A DNA stretch of 63,529 nucleotides, the filler included, from Reclinomonas americana ATCC 50394 (Eukaryota): the NCBI GenBank assembly GCA_048213135.1. It is 15 parts of 15 records of this genome, joined end to end, with 100 filler letters (N's around TTAATTAATTAA, not from the genome) between each part and the next. Parts side by side here need not be neighbours in the genome. Positions count along the whole stretch, not along the records: positions 24,845 to 32,700 come from AFZH01017332.1; positions 32,801 to 34,116 come from AFZH01017337.1; positions 34,217 to 36,348 come from AFZH01017338.1; positions 36,449 to 39,598 come from AFZH01017339.1; positions 39,699 to 41,046 come from AFZH01017340.1; 10 more parts are not named here. One strand, given 5' to 3'. Under the pieces are notes generated by a model, which saw only the letters and a program-made list of their open reading frames with translations, had not been told where the DNA came from and did not search any database. A program made the position numbers and the translations under genes. Shown here piece by piece: positions 28,382 through 39,851 of the stretch. Position 1 is the first letter of the stretch. Each line of letters opens with the position of its first letter.

Positions 28382-31300
28382 TTAGTGCTTGCCGTGGCCC
28401 TTGGACGCCTTGTTGCCGCCCTTGTTGCCACCATGGCCCTTGGACGCCTTGTTGCCGCCCTTGTTGCCACCATGGCCCTTGGACGCCTTGTTGCCGCCGT
28501 GGCCCTTGGACTCGTTGTGCCCGTTGTGACCACCGTGGCCCTTGGACTCGTTGTGTCCGTTGTGACCGCCGTGGCCCTTGGACTCGTTGTGTCCGTTGTG
28601 ACCGCCGTGGCCCTTGGACTCGTTGTGTCCGTTGTGACCGCCGTGGCCCTTGGACTCGTTGTGTCCGTTGTGACCGCCGTGGCCCTTGGACTCGTTGTGT
28701 CCGTTGTGACCGCCGTGGCCCTTGGACTCGTTGTGACCGCCGTGGCCCTTCGAGTCACCGTGACCGGCATGGCCGTGACCCTTCGAGTCGCCGTGGCCGT
28801 GGCTACCGTGCGACTTCTTGTGCTCAATCTCGTGGCAAGTGCCCGGAGCCGGCTGGACAGTGTAGCTGTCGCCGTCGCCAGTCTTGTAGTTGTGGCTCTT
28901 GGTGTCCAGAGTGATACCCTACAGGAGCATTCCGATGAGCATGCAGCAAGCAATTGGCTGTCGCCACTGAACGGGATAAATGCGCACCGAGCAGCACTTG
29001 ATCTTGTTGTTCTGCGACTTGAAGCCGAACTCGCTCGCCTACATCACACATGCGTGAGAACATCGACACACTCATGTACGCGAACAACCGCACTCTACCT
29101 TGCAGCCGAAAACACCCAGACGGTGCACGAAGAAGCGGCTTGGGCGCACAATCACGATCTGTTGCACACAAGTCAATCAACTGGACACACGATTCATCGT
29201 AACATACAAACGCAGCCACCAACCTTGCCGTTGCGTCCAGCCGGTCCACGCGATCCGCGCTGTGCCAAGACAAAGCAAAATGAGACCCAGTTGCGAAAGG
29301 CAGACGCGCAACACGACAACTCAATCAGCGCTCACCGGTCCACACGGGCCAGCCGGTCCGCGAGGTCCAGGCTTGCCAGCCGGTCCGCGAGATCCAGGCT
29401 GCACATGCGATGCGGGTGAGTGATGGTAAAAAACACACAAACGCATCAACAAATGTGGGCGCACCTTTCCAGCCGGTCCACGCTTTCCGTCCTTGCCAGG
29501 CTTGCCAGCTGGACCGCGAGATCCGGGCTGCGCATTGCATAGCATTTCTCGTGAGAGATGGCACACGGGGGGAAGAGTAATGCTTGCTGCCTGACCTTGC
29601 CGGGCTTGCCAGCGGGGCCAGCAGGTCCCTGCTTGCCAGGCTTTCCGTCCTTGCCAGGCTTGCCAGCCGGTCCCTTAGGTCCGGGCTGCAGTGCAGGTGC
29701 ACAAAAGAGTGAGAATCAATGTGCGCGAAAGCGCACAAGGGTGGCAGATAGTCGCAATATACCTTGCCAGCGGGACCAGCCGGTCCCTGCTTGCCAGGCT
29801 TTCCGTCCTTGCCAGGCTTGCCAGCCGGTCCGCTAGGTCCAGGCTGCACAATTACATCGCATCGCATCAGCATCACTTCCTTGATACAGCTTGTTTAAAA
29901 CAACAGATGCACCTTGCCTGGCTTGCCATCCTTGCCGTCGTGACCCTTCGGGCCCTGCGGTCCAGGCTGTACAACAGTGCGTGTAAGTGATGAGAGTCTT
30001 GCACCGGATAGCAGCACAATGCCAGACATCGTACCTTGCCGGGCTTGCCGTCCTTTCCAGGCTTGCCAGGCTTTCCGTCGTGACCATCATGTCCAGGCTA
30101 CACCACGAGACAGTCAACAAACTGCAGTGCCCCCTGAAGAAATGAGTGTCGTATGCATCAAACCTTGCCATCCTTGCCCGGCTTGCCGTCATGTCCACGA
30201 GAACCAGGCTGCCACAGATCGTCATCAATGTGGGCACACACGTAGACTGGTGAGTAGGAGACAGGCAATGAAGAAAAACCTTGCCAGGCTTGCCATCCTT
30301 GCCAGGCTTGCCCTGAGGTCCACGAGAACCAGGCTGCCACAAATCGCCAATTTGAGCATACAGGTGCGCTGGTGAGCAATAGACAGGCACTGAAGGAAAA
30401 CCTTGCCAGGCTTGCCGTCCTTGCCAGCCGGTCCAGCCGGGCCACGCTGCACGTACAACCACGTCACTCACACGAGCACTGCTTCACAGTTTTTCAACTA
30501 CTGTGCGCACAAACCTCGCCGTTCTTTCCGGGCTTGCCGTCCTTTCCAGGCTTGCCATCCTTGCCAGGTGCGCCAGGCTACGAACCCATAGAACGGTCAG
30601 TACATTAAGCGACATCAGTTACCAGCAATCGGCTATTGCACCTTGCCGTCCTTGCCCGGCTTGCCATCCTTACCAGGCTTGCCGTCCTTGCCCGGCTGCA
30701 AATTTTTGAATGTTAGCAATTTGAGAAGAGACGCAAACCGACCACACGTAAATAACATAAACACACCTTGCCATTCTTGCCTGGCTTACCGTCCTTGCCA
30801 CGCGGGCCAGGCTACGAGCCAATGCAGCAGTGAGTACAATACAATACTGCAAAATGAATGATCACTAATCATACCTTGCCGTCCTTGCCTGGCTTACCAT
30901 CCTTTCCAGGCTTGCCGTTCTTGCCGGGCTGCACGTAGATCACTGTAAGAAACTCACACAAGAGACCGTGCGAAACTATCGAGCGTACAACACACCTTGC
31001 CATCTTTGCCAGGCTTGCCGTCCTTGCCAGGCGGGCCACGCTGCACAAAAGGGTAAACACCAATCCAATGAGCGACAGAAACACGCATTCAAAGGAGGGA
31101 CAGCTCGCTGACCTCGCCAGGCTTGCCGTCCTCGCCAGGTTTGCACTTCTGTTCGCAGCGCTCGTGGCTCTCGTTGTGGCCGTGGCTGTCGTTGTGACCG
31201 TGGCTCTCGTTGTGACCGTGGCTGTTGTTGTGGCCGTGGCTGTTGTTGTGGCCGTGGCTGTCGTTGTGACCGTGGCTGTCGTTGTGACCGTGGCTCTCGT

Positions 31301-32555
31301 TGTGGCCGTGGCTGTTGTTGTGGCCGTGGCTCTCGTTGTGGCCGTGGCTCTCCTTGCCGCCCTTGTGACCGTGGCTCTTCTTGCCTCCCTTGTGGCCGTG
31401 GCTCTCCTTCTTGCCACCCTTGTGGTCGTGGCTCTCCTTCTTGCCACCCTTGTGGTCGTGGCTCTCCTTGCCGCCCTTGTGGCCGTGGCTCTCCTTCTTG
31501 CCGCCCTTGTGCTCCCGGCTCTCCTTCTTGCCACCCTTGTGGTCGTGGCTCTCCTTCTTGCCGCCCTTGTGGTCCCGGCTCTCCTTCTTGCCGCCCTTGT
31601 GGTCCCGGCTCTCCTTCTTGCCGCCCTTGTGGTCGTGGCTCTCCTTCTTGCCACCCTTCGACGGCTTCTTGGCACCCTTGGAAGGCTTCTTGCCACCCTT
31701 GGAGGGCTTCTTGCCACCCTTGGAGGGCTTCTTGCCACCCTTGGAGGCCTTCTTCGGCTCCTTGCCGTTGGCTGCAGCAAGCGCTCATCAGGAACTCGTC
31801 TCCGTGAAGCAGAGAAAACAATAATGCACAAACCAGCGAAGGCGAGATCCTCGTCTTCATCGTCCTCCTCCTCCTCCTCTGCACATGGCACCAATCAGTC
31901 AAAATCGGTCTCAAAGTCTGAGAGGGCCAAGCAAGCAAGACATACCAATGTCGGCCTCTTCCTCCGAGAAGACCTCATCCTCCTCGTCGGCGACAAGAGT
32001 CTCCTCATCCTCCTCCTCAGAGACATCGGATTCCTCCTCCTCATCCTCCTCGTCGGCGGCGAATGTCTCCTCCTCGTCCTCCTCGTCCTCCTCGGTGGCG
32101 GTGGATTCCTCCTCCTCCTCATCGGCGGGGGTCTCTTCCTCCTCTTCCTCCTCGTCGGCGGCAAAGGTCTCCTCGTCGTCCTCCTGCTGCTCTTCTTCAA
32201 CGTCTTCATCCTCCACAAAGGATTCTGCTTCGTCTACGTCAGCACTGACTTCCTCCTCCTCAGCTGCATCGTGCACAACCAGTGATGAGCGAGGCGATGT
32301 CACGCACACACAAGATAAAAAGCAAATTCACGCAACTCGAATCAAAATCGTCCATCGCTGCAGAAATGGAAAAAAGTAACGGTCAGGTCATGTTGGCGCG
32401 AACTCAACATTTTTTCGAAGAACACTCACCAAACTTCTCGCTGGGCATCTCTGCAGGCAGAGACAAGCAGCACGCAAACACACACACACACACACACGCG
32501 ACAGTCGTTGAGATCCCAGCAGAGCAACAAAAAGGAGAAAAAGTTTTCTCAAAAC

Positions 32556-32560
<5 letters not shown>
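28382..32560 (-). CDS. Collagen-like protein 2: acidic block, Lys/Gly and His/Gly/NxS repeats, Cys pair, Gly-X-Y domain, Cys-containing linker, His/Gly-rich tail; start uncertain
   Basis: Spliced frame (not given intact in the ORF track): EEDEEDEEETFAADEE.., KGGKKESHDH repeats, HGHNES/HGHNDS repeats, CEQKCKPGEDGK, PGPSGPAGKPGKDGK exons, HNESKGHGGHNG repeats, ending KGHGKH-TAA at 28382. Confidence 0.85.
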
Positions 32561-32593
<33 letters not shown>

Positions 32594-32800
32594 TGTGTGT
32601 GGTGGCGGCGGTACGGAACGGAAACCTAACCGACCGACCGACTACTACTACGTACGTACGGTACGGTACGGGACGGACGACGACGACTACGTCGTCGTCC
32701 NNNNNNNNNNNNNNNNNNNNNNNNNNNNNNNNNNNNNNNNNNNNTTAATTAATTAANNNNNNNNNNNNNNNNNNNNNNNNNNNNNNNNNNNNNNNNNNNN

Positions 32801-32834
<34 letters not shown>

Positions 32835-32959
32835 GGAGAAGGGGCCAAGGGAGAGGGGAGAGGAAGAGACAAAGAGGGGGAGGGGAGGGGAAGGGACAAA
32901 GCGAGAAGGGAAGGGAAGAAACAAAGAGAGGGAAGGCGAAGGGACAAATGGAGAGGGGA

Positions 32960-33636
32960 GCACTTCGCGCCAGGTTGGCAGACGAAACTTGAAACAACGG
33001 GCCGAGTTGCGCGGCTGGAGTCATATCACCGCCGTCGTTGTTCTCCGACGAGGTCGAATGAATGCCACCATGCCCGTGACCGTTGCCGCGGTTGGGTTCA
33101 GAAAAGTGTACGCGCTGGGAGTGCCGACCGCGTCCGCCCCCGCCACCCAGCTGTTGATACGGAAGCCACGTTAGAAGTGAAAGCACCGCACAAATGGAAC
33201 TTGCACGCAACATAATCATCATCGCTATCGCTCTCCGCGGCCGCATCCTGCGCGTGCTGCTGCTGATTGTGGCGACCCCAGCGCGGCGATTTCTTACCAG
33301 CGCCACTGCCACCAGCACCATTCTCCACATCCGGAATGAGCTTGGAGGTGGCGCGCTGCGTCGGTGCATGCGACGGCTGGCCCACCGTCGACGCCGTGCG
33401 CAGACCGAGCGTCGCCGGCGTTTCAATGCGCAGAATCGGCACGGCGCTGTCTCCAACAAACCCAATCGGTGACGATGGCAGTCGCGGGACCTCCACGTAC
33501 GACACGGGAGGTGATGATGGAGGTGGGAGAGAAGGAGGCGGAGGAGGGGGAGGAGGTGCAGGTGCTGCAGTGGCAGATGGTGCCTTGCGACTGCGAACGC
33601 CCAAGGTCGCCGGCTGCAGGATCGGTGATGTCACAC
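32960..33636 (-). CDS. Internal fragment of an unidentified Pro/Ser/Gly-rich protein
   Basis: Acceptor near 33637, open frame VTSPILQPATLG...SDSDDDY, second exon QLGGGGGRGRHSQRVHFSEP; no recognisable domain. Confidence 0.4.
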
Positions 33637-35006
33637 CTTGTGAAGGAAAAGTCAGTCGAAGCGAAGGATATGGCGATCGAAGAAGGAGAAGGCATTCAAA
33701 GCAAAGGCAGGCCGTTTGAAGAAACAACCAAAGCGAAGGATAAGGCAATCAAAGAAGGAGGCGGCACTCAAAAAGCAAAGAACAAGTCAGTCGAAGCGAA
33801 GGATATGGCGATCAAAGAAAGACAAGGCATTCAACGCAAAGGCAGGCCGTTCGAAGAGACAACCAAAGCGAAGGATAAGGCGCTGAACGTGAAGGATGAA
33901 GCATACAAATGCAAAGGTGGGGGGCGTTCGAGGTGAACAAAGAGACAACTAAAGCGAAGGAGAAGGCGATCGCAGAAGGAGAAGGCATTCAAAGCAACGG
34001 GTGGAGTGTTCGAGGAGAACAAAGAGACAACCAAAGCGAAGGATAAGGATACAAAGCAAGTGTTCAAAGCGAAGCAACTGAAATGTGCGACGATTCTCTC
34101 CCTCTCCCTCCCTCCCNNNNNNNNNNNNNNNNNNNNNNNNNNNNNNNNNNNNNNNNNNNNTTAATTAATTAANNNNNNNNNNNNNNNNNNNNNNNNNNNN
34201 NNNNNNNNNNNNNNNNGAGTACGGCGAAGACGACCCGTACGTATACGAGCTCGAGGATCCGGATCTGGACGGCGGTATCCCTGACACCGTTTCGGCTGGC
34301 TTTGACATGGACTTGGTCGTGACGTGCATCGACGATTTGAGAGCTTCTTCCTCGTACTACGGGCTCGAGTCATCGTCGACCGTCCTCACGATCGGCCACG
34401 GCAACGTCGAGTTCCAGGAAGGCTGTGCCTACGACACCGGCAACGAGGGCGTCAGTGTGGACCACTTCTACGAATTCGTTGTGCTGGTAATGCCGCTGCC
34501 GAAGGATGTGTTTGGCAAGCAGTCGACGCCTCCGCAGTGATGGCTCGCGCGCTTCGAATTCCGATTTTGGAACCTCTTCCGCTGCGTGCATATTTCATGT
34601 TGTTCTTTTGACTGTGAGTTTTTAATGGGACTCTCTGCAGTACTTGCCTGAGTGAAACCCTTTTCTCATCGTTCATCTCGAGTGAGATACGCATGCTCCG
34701 TCAGCCGTGTTCTTCCAAATGAAGGCTACGTTGTTCGAACCATTGGTTTTTCGTACACTTATGCGTGCCAGAGAGATAGATAACTTGCCACCATCAACTA
34801 AACTATGCAAGCGCACAAGGATACAAAACACCGAAACGAGCTGCCACGTGTGGCACAGGTGTAACCTTCTCTCCGACACACAAACAGAACAAGCATTCTT
34901 TGGACAGAATGCCTAATACAACCACGCTTATGCGGTGAAGATCGCATGCGCAGTTCTCGACGGAAAGATGTTGTTGCAAGCACTGCGCCTGCGCGGAAGC
35001 TGCAGC

Positions 35007-36095
35007 TCACGGGTGCAAATCAGGATCCGCGAGGCACCGATGCACCACGACCTCGGCCTCCTCCACCACGAAGCAGCGGAAGACAAGCTCCGGCAGGCAC
35101 CGCGAATCCGACTCTTCCTCGTGTTGCATCTCCTGCAGTGTGTGCATCGCCGACCGCGCAACGATGAGCTCCAGGCGAGCGAGACCGCTCGGCGTGGACC
35201 ACACCCGCACGGTGCTGTCGTGACTCCCACTGATAATGTGCTGACCGTCAGGAGAGACGGCCACAGCGTACACCATTTCTGTGTGACCCTGCAGTCGTCG
35301 CACCACTTGCCCACTTGCCAGCGACCACACCCGCACGATGCTGTCTTGACAGCCGCTCACCACGTACTGTGAGTCGTGAGTGACTGCGACAGAAAACACC
35401 ATTCCCGCGCGTTTCTCCGCCAGCTGTTGCGCCTCGTCTCCGCTCGCCAGCGACAGCAATCGCAATGTTTGGTCGCTCCCACTCACAACGTGCTGACCAT
35501 CGGGAGTGACTGCGACAGCGATAACCACTCCTGCACCTGTGTGTCCTCGCAACTGTCGCACTTGCTCCCCACTTGCCAGTGACCACACACGCACTGTTTG
35601 GTCACTGCTCCCACTCACAACGTGCTGACCATCGGGAGTGACGGCGACAGACCACACCGACCAAGTGTGACCCTCTAAGCGGCGCACTTCTTCCCCGTTC
35701 GCCAGTGACCACACCCGCACCGTCATGTCTGGACTCCCACTCACGGCATGGCGACCATCGGGAGTGACAACGACAGACATCACCCATCCATTGTGTCCCT
35801 CCATGCGTCGCACTTCTTTTCCACTCGCCAGCGACCACACTCGCATGGTCTTGTCATGACTACCACTCAGTATGTGTAGCCCATCGGGGGTAACGGCGAC
35901 ACACGTCACATCCCTGGTATGTCCCTCCAGCCGCCGCACTTCCTCTCCGCTCGCCAGTGACCACACTCGCACCGAGTGATCATCACCGCCACTCACAATG
36001 TGCTGACCATCGGGGGTGACCGCCACACACCACACCGTACCCGTGTGTCTCTCCAGCACACGGTGGGCGAGGAAGAGAGGAGAGGTGAGTGCCAT
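35007..36095 (-). CDS. Intronless WD40-repeat protein, tandem copy 1
   Basis: About 7 near-identical repeats VRRLEGHT..V..VAVTPDGQHVVSGS.D.TVRVWSLASGEE plus a shared ~55-aa C-terminal domain. Confidence 0.92.
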   Translation of the reverse strand: MALTSPLFLAHRVLERHTGTVWCVAVTPDGQHIVSGGDDHSVRVWSLASGEEVRRLEGHTRDVTCVAVTPDGLHILSGSHDKTMRVWSLASGKEVRRMEGHNGWVMSVVVTPDGRHAVSGSPDMTVRVWSLANGEEVRRLEGHTWSVWSVAVTPDGQHVVSGSSDQTVRVWSLASGEQVRQLRGHTGAGVVIAVAVTPDGQHVVSGSDQTLRLLSLASGDEAQQLAEKRAGMVFSVAVTHDSQYVVSGCQDSIVRVWSLASGQVVRRLQGHTEMVYAVAVSPDGQHIISGSHDSTVRVWSTPSGLARLELIVARSAMHTLQEMQHEEESDSRCLPELVFRCFVVEEAEVVVHRCLADPDLHP

Positions 36096-36202
36096 GGTGT
36101 GAGAGAGGAGCCAATTTGCGCAAATGGACGAGGTCCTGTGGCTCAGAAGACGACGTTCAACAGCACGAGTGCCTTCACTTCCTGGATGCATGCAAGGATC
36201 TA

Positions 36203-36242
36203 GGTTTTTGGTCAACCTTGACCTGCTAGTGTCCGGTTCGCC

Positions 36243-36326
<84 letters not shown>

Positions 36327-36570
36327 GAGGAGGAGAGAGAGACGACGANNNNNNNNNNNNNNNNNNNNNNNNNNNNNNNNNNNNNNNNNNNNTTAATTAA
36401 TTAANNNNNNNNNNNNNNNNNNNNNNNNNNNNNNNNNNNNNNNNNNNNAAGAAGCCGCAAAACGCCTAAGTCCTTCACTGACGCCGGGTTTGGCGCAACC
36501 CGCAGGCTGTCAGCCGCCGGGTTGTAACCCGGCGAACCGGACACTAGCAGGTCAAGGTTGACCAGAAACC
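36203..36570. mobile_element. TIR DNA transposon or MITE spanning an assembly gap
   Basis: 44-bp TIRs 36203-36246 and 36527-36570 (1 mismatch, GG...CC ends); 8-bp TSD AGGATCTA (36195-36202)/AGGATGTA (36571-36578); paralogous empty site at ~37860-37890. Confidence 0.85.
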
Positions 36571-36659
36571 AGGATGTAATCACCAATAGTACATTTCACG
36601 AAAAGGGGGAGACAGTGAAGGAGGAGACAAGATTACACGCCTCGCTTCGCGATCGCGAC

Positions 36660-37754
36660 TCACAGGTGCAACTCCGGATCCGCGAGGCACCGATGCACCA
36701 CGACCTCGGCCTCCTCCACCACAAAGCAGCGCAAGACAAGCTCGGGCAGGCACCGCGAATCCGACTCTTCCTCGTGTTGCATCTCCTGCACTGCCTGCAT
36801 CGCCGACCGTGCAGTGATGAGCTCCAGTCGAGCGAGACCGCTCGGCGTGGACCACACTCGCAGGGTGTTGTCTTGACTCCCACTGATAATGTGTTGACCG
36901 TCAGGAGAGACGGTGACAGAGTACACTGTGCCTGTGTATCCTTTCAACCGTCGCACCACTTGCCCACTCGCCAGTGACCACACTCGCTCGGTCGTGTCAG
37001 AACTCCCACTCACCACGCGTTGACCATCGGGAGTGATGGCGACAGACCGCACCCATCCAGTGTGTCCCGTTAACTGTAGCACTTCCCTGCCACTCTTGAG
37101 GGACCACACTCGCGCGGTCTTGTCCTCGCTCCCACTCACAACGTACTGAGAGTCGGGAGTGACGGCGACAGACATCACCGCCCAAGTGTGACCCTCCAAG
37201 CGGCGTACCTCATCGCCACTCTCCGCACGCCACACTCGGATGGTATTGTCAACACTGCCACTCACAACATGGTGACCATCGGGGGTGATGACTACAGATG
37301 TCACCCATCCAGAGTGACCCTCCAACCGGCGCACTTCCTCTCCGCTTGTCAATGACCACACTCGGATCGTCATGTCACTACCCCCGCTCACAACTTGCTG
37401 GCCATCGGGAGCGACAGCAACACACCACACGTCTCCGGTATGACCCTCCATTCGTCGCACCTCTTCGCCACTCGCCAGTGACCACACGCGCACTGTCTTA
37501 TCTCGACTCCCACTCACCACGCACTGTGAGTCGAGAGTGACGGCAACACAGTTCACCTTCCCAACGTGCCCCTCCATTCGCCGCACTTCTGCAACACTCG
37601 CCAGCGACCACACACGCACTGTCGCATCAGCACTGCCACTTACAATGCACTGGCCATCGGGAGTGGTAGCGACAGATTGCACTGCTTCTGTGTGACCCTC
37701 CAGGATACACTCGCGGAGGAAGAGAGGTGAGGCGAGTGCCACGCGGGCTGTCAT
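36660..37754 (-). CDS. Intronless WD40-repeat protein, tandem copy 2
   Basis: Same repeat consensus and C-terminal domain as copy 1. Confidence 0.92.
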   Translation of the reverse strand: MTARVALASPLFLRECILEGHTEAVQSVATTPDGQCIVSGSADATVRVWSLASVAEVRRMEGHVGKVNCVAVTLDSQCVVSGSRDKTVRVWSLASGEEVRRMEGHTGDVWCVAVAPDGQQVVSGGSDMTIRVWSLTSGEEVRRLEGHSGWVTSVVITPDGHHVVSGSVDNTIRVWRAESGDEVRRLEGHTWAVMSVAVTPDSQYVVSGSEDKTARVWSLKSGREVLQLTGHTGWVRSVAITPDGQRVVSGSSDTTERVWSLASGQVVRRLKGYTGTVYSVTVSPDGQHIISGSQDNTLRVWSTPSGLARLELITARSAMQAVQEMQHEEESDSRCLPELVLRCFVVEEAEVVVHRCLADPELHL

Positions 37755-37928
37755 TGCGCAAGAGGGGAGCTGAGGTGATCGCCATTTCGCGCGCAAAATG
37801 GACGCCCGTAACTCCGCAGCGACCCTGCAACAGCTCGAGTGCCTTCACTCCCTGGATGCATGCAAGGATCTAACCACTGATAGTACATTCCACGAACAGG
37901 GAGGGAAAAGCGAGAGTATACAAGTGAC

Positions 37929-39038
37929 TCACAAGTGCAACTCAGGATCCTCGAGGCACCGATGTACCGCGACCTCTGCGTCTTCGACTATGAAGCAGCG
38001 CAAGACGAGCTCGGGCAGGCACCGTGAATCCTCTTCCTCGCGTTGCATCTCTTGCACTGCGTGCATGGCCGACCGCGCAGCGTCGAGCTCCAGCCGAGCG
38101 AGACCGCACGGCGTGGACCACACCCGCACAGTCTCGTCATTGCTGCCACTGACAACGTGCTGGCCGTCCGGAGAAACGGCGACAGAGAACACCCATCCAG
38201 CGTGTCCCTCCAGTCGCCGCACCTCTTCTCCACTCGCCAGCGACCACACCCGTACTGTGCGGTCTGCGCTCCCGCTCACAACATGCAGACCATCGAACGT
38301 GATGGCGACCGAGGACACCTGCGCCTTGTGCCCCTCCAATCGCCGCGCTTCCCCGTTGCTACCCATTGGCCACACGCACACGGCCTTGTCTCGACTGCCG
38401 CTCACCACATGCAGCACGTCGCGAGTCACCGCCACACAAATCACCGCATCCGTGCGCCCTTCCAACCGTCGCACCTCCTCGCCACTCGCCAGCGACCACA
38501 CACGCACAGTAGAATCATGACTCCCACTCACAACGTGCAGCGAGTCAGGCGACGTCGTGCAGGCGACCGACGTAACCCACGTCGCATGGCCCTTTAACAG
38601 CCGCACCTCCTCTCCACTCGCCAGTGACCACACACGTACGGTATTATCCGCGCCTCCGCTCACCACATGCAGCCCATCGGGAGCAACTGCGACGGAGAAC
38701 ACCGGCGACTTGTGGCCCTCCATGCGTCGCACCTCCTCGCCACTCGCCAGTGACCACACGCGCACGGTCTTATCTTGACTCCCGCTCACCACGCACTGCG
38801 AGTCGGGCGTGCAGGCGACCGACATGACGTCGTCTGTGTGGCCGTCAAGTTGCTGCATGAGCGCGCCTGTTGCCAGTGACCACACGCGCACGGTCGTGTC
38901 TTCACTGCCGGATATAATGCGCTGGCCGTTGGGGGTGATGGTGACGCACCAGACGATGCTGGAGTGGCCTTTGAGCTCAAGGCGGTCGACGAAGCGCATT
39001 TTTCGTTCTTTGGGAAACGAAGGCGAAGGGTCCTGCAT
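37929..39038 (-). CDS. Intronless WD40-repeat protein, tandem copy 3
   Basis: Same repeat consensus and C-terminal GLARLELDAARSAM..RCLPELVLRCF domain; start 39038 or 38999. Confidence 0.92.
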   Translation of the reverse strand: MQDPSPSFPKERKMRFVDRLELKGHSSIVWCVTITPNGQRIISGSEDTTVRVWSLATGALMQQLDGHTDDVMSVACTPDSQCVVSGSQDKTVRVWSLASGEEVRRMEGHKSPVFSVAVAPDGLHVVSGGADNTVRVWSLASGEEVRLLKGHATWVTSVACTTSPDSLHVVSGSHDSTVRVWSLASGEEVRRLEGRTDAVICVAVTRDVLHVVSGSRDKAVCVWPMGSNGEARRLEGHKAQVSSVAITFDGLHVVSGSADRTVRVWSLASGEEVRRLEGHAGWVFSVAVSPDGQHVVSGSNDETVRVWSTPCGLARLELDAARSAMHAVQEMQREEEDSRCLPELVLRCFIVEDAEVAVHRCLEDPELHL

Positions 39039-39143
39039 GACACCTGACGTTTCCTTCTCACACGACGACGCAAGGAGAGCGTTGGCAACGTTGTTGTGTG
39101 TGTGCAAGTGTGTGCGTTTGTGTGAGAGAGCTAGACTGGCAAC

Positions 39144-39776
39144 ATGGACGACGATCATGCGGTGTGTGTGCTGTGTTGTGTGTGAGTGGCATGTCCATGT
39201 CAAACTTGCACTTGCTCACTCGTCTCTCTCTCCCTCCTCAGCGACTGTGGAGGATCAGGTACTGTCTACCTCTCTCTCTCTCTCTCACACACACACTCTC
39301 TCTCACGCACACACACACACACACTCTCTCTCTCTCTCTCACTCTCACTCTCTTGTGTCTCTGATTGTGTGTGATTTGTAGGAGGACTGTGCTGGCGATG
39401 CTCAAGGAGCGCGGCTATGTCATTCAGGATGAGGAGCATAACATGCCTGCAGAGCGGTTTACAGTGAGTAATCATGCATTCGTGCATGTGATTGATTTGC
39501 ATTCTCTTTCTCTTCTTTATCTCTTGTCTCTCTCTCTCTCTCTCTCCCCGCTGTGGAGCACAGTACTCTGCGCGTTGCTTTCGTTCTTCGTTCACTTCNN
39601 NNNNNNNNNNNNNNNNNNNNNNNNNNNNNNNNNNNNNNNNNNTTAATTAATTAANNNNNNNNNNNNNNNNNNNNNNNNNNNNNNNNNNNNNNNNNNNNAC
39701 GTACGTACGTACGTACGTACGTACGTACGTACGTACGTACGTACGTACGTACGTACGTACGTACGTACGTACGTAC

Positions 39777-39851
<75 letters not shown>

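Noticed and set aside
28313..32285. Long Val/Ala/Leu-rich + strand ORFs (368 aa, 405 aa) and Thr/Arg- or Gln/Pro-rich - strand frames
   Set aside because: Shadow frames of the His/Gly/Lys repeats; splice phases support the collagen-linked frame.
34217..34540. Coding-like fragment ending ...FYEFVVLVMPLPKDVFGKQSTPPQ
   Set aside because: Truncated by a gap with no recognisable family.
37860..37935. GTGAG overlapping the WD40 stop codons as a conserved terminal intron donor
   Set aside because: It would change only the last 1-2 residues in copy 3 and the acceptor is not conserved in copy 2; undecidable without cDNA.
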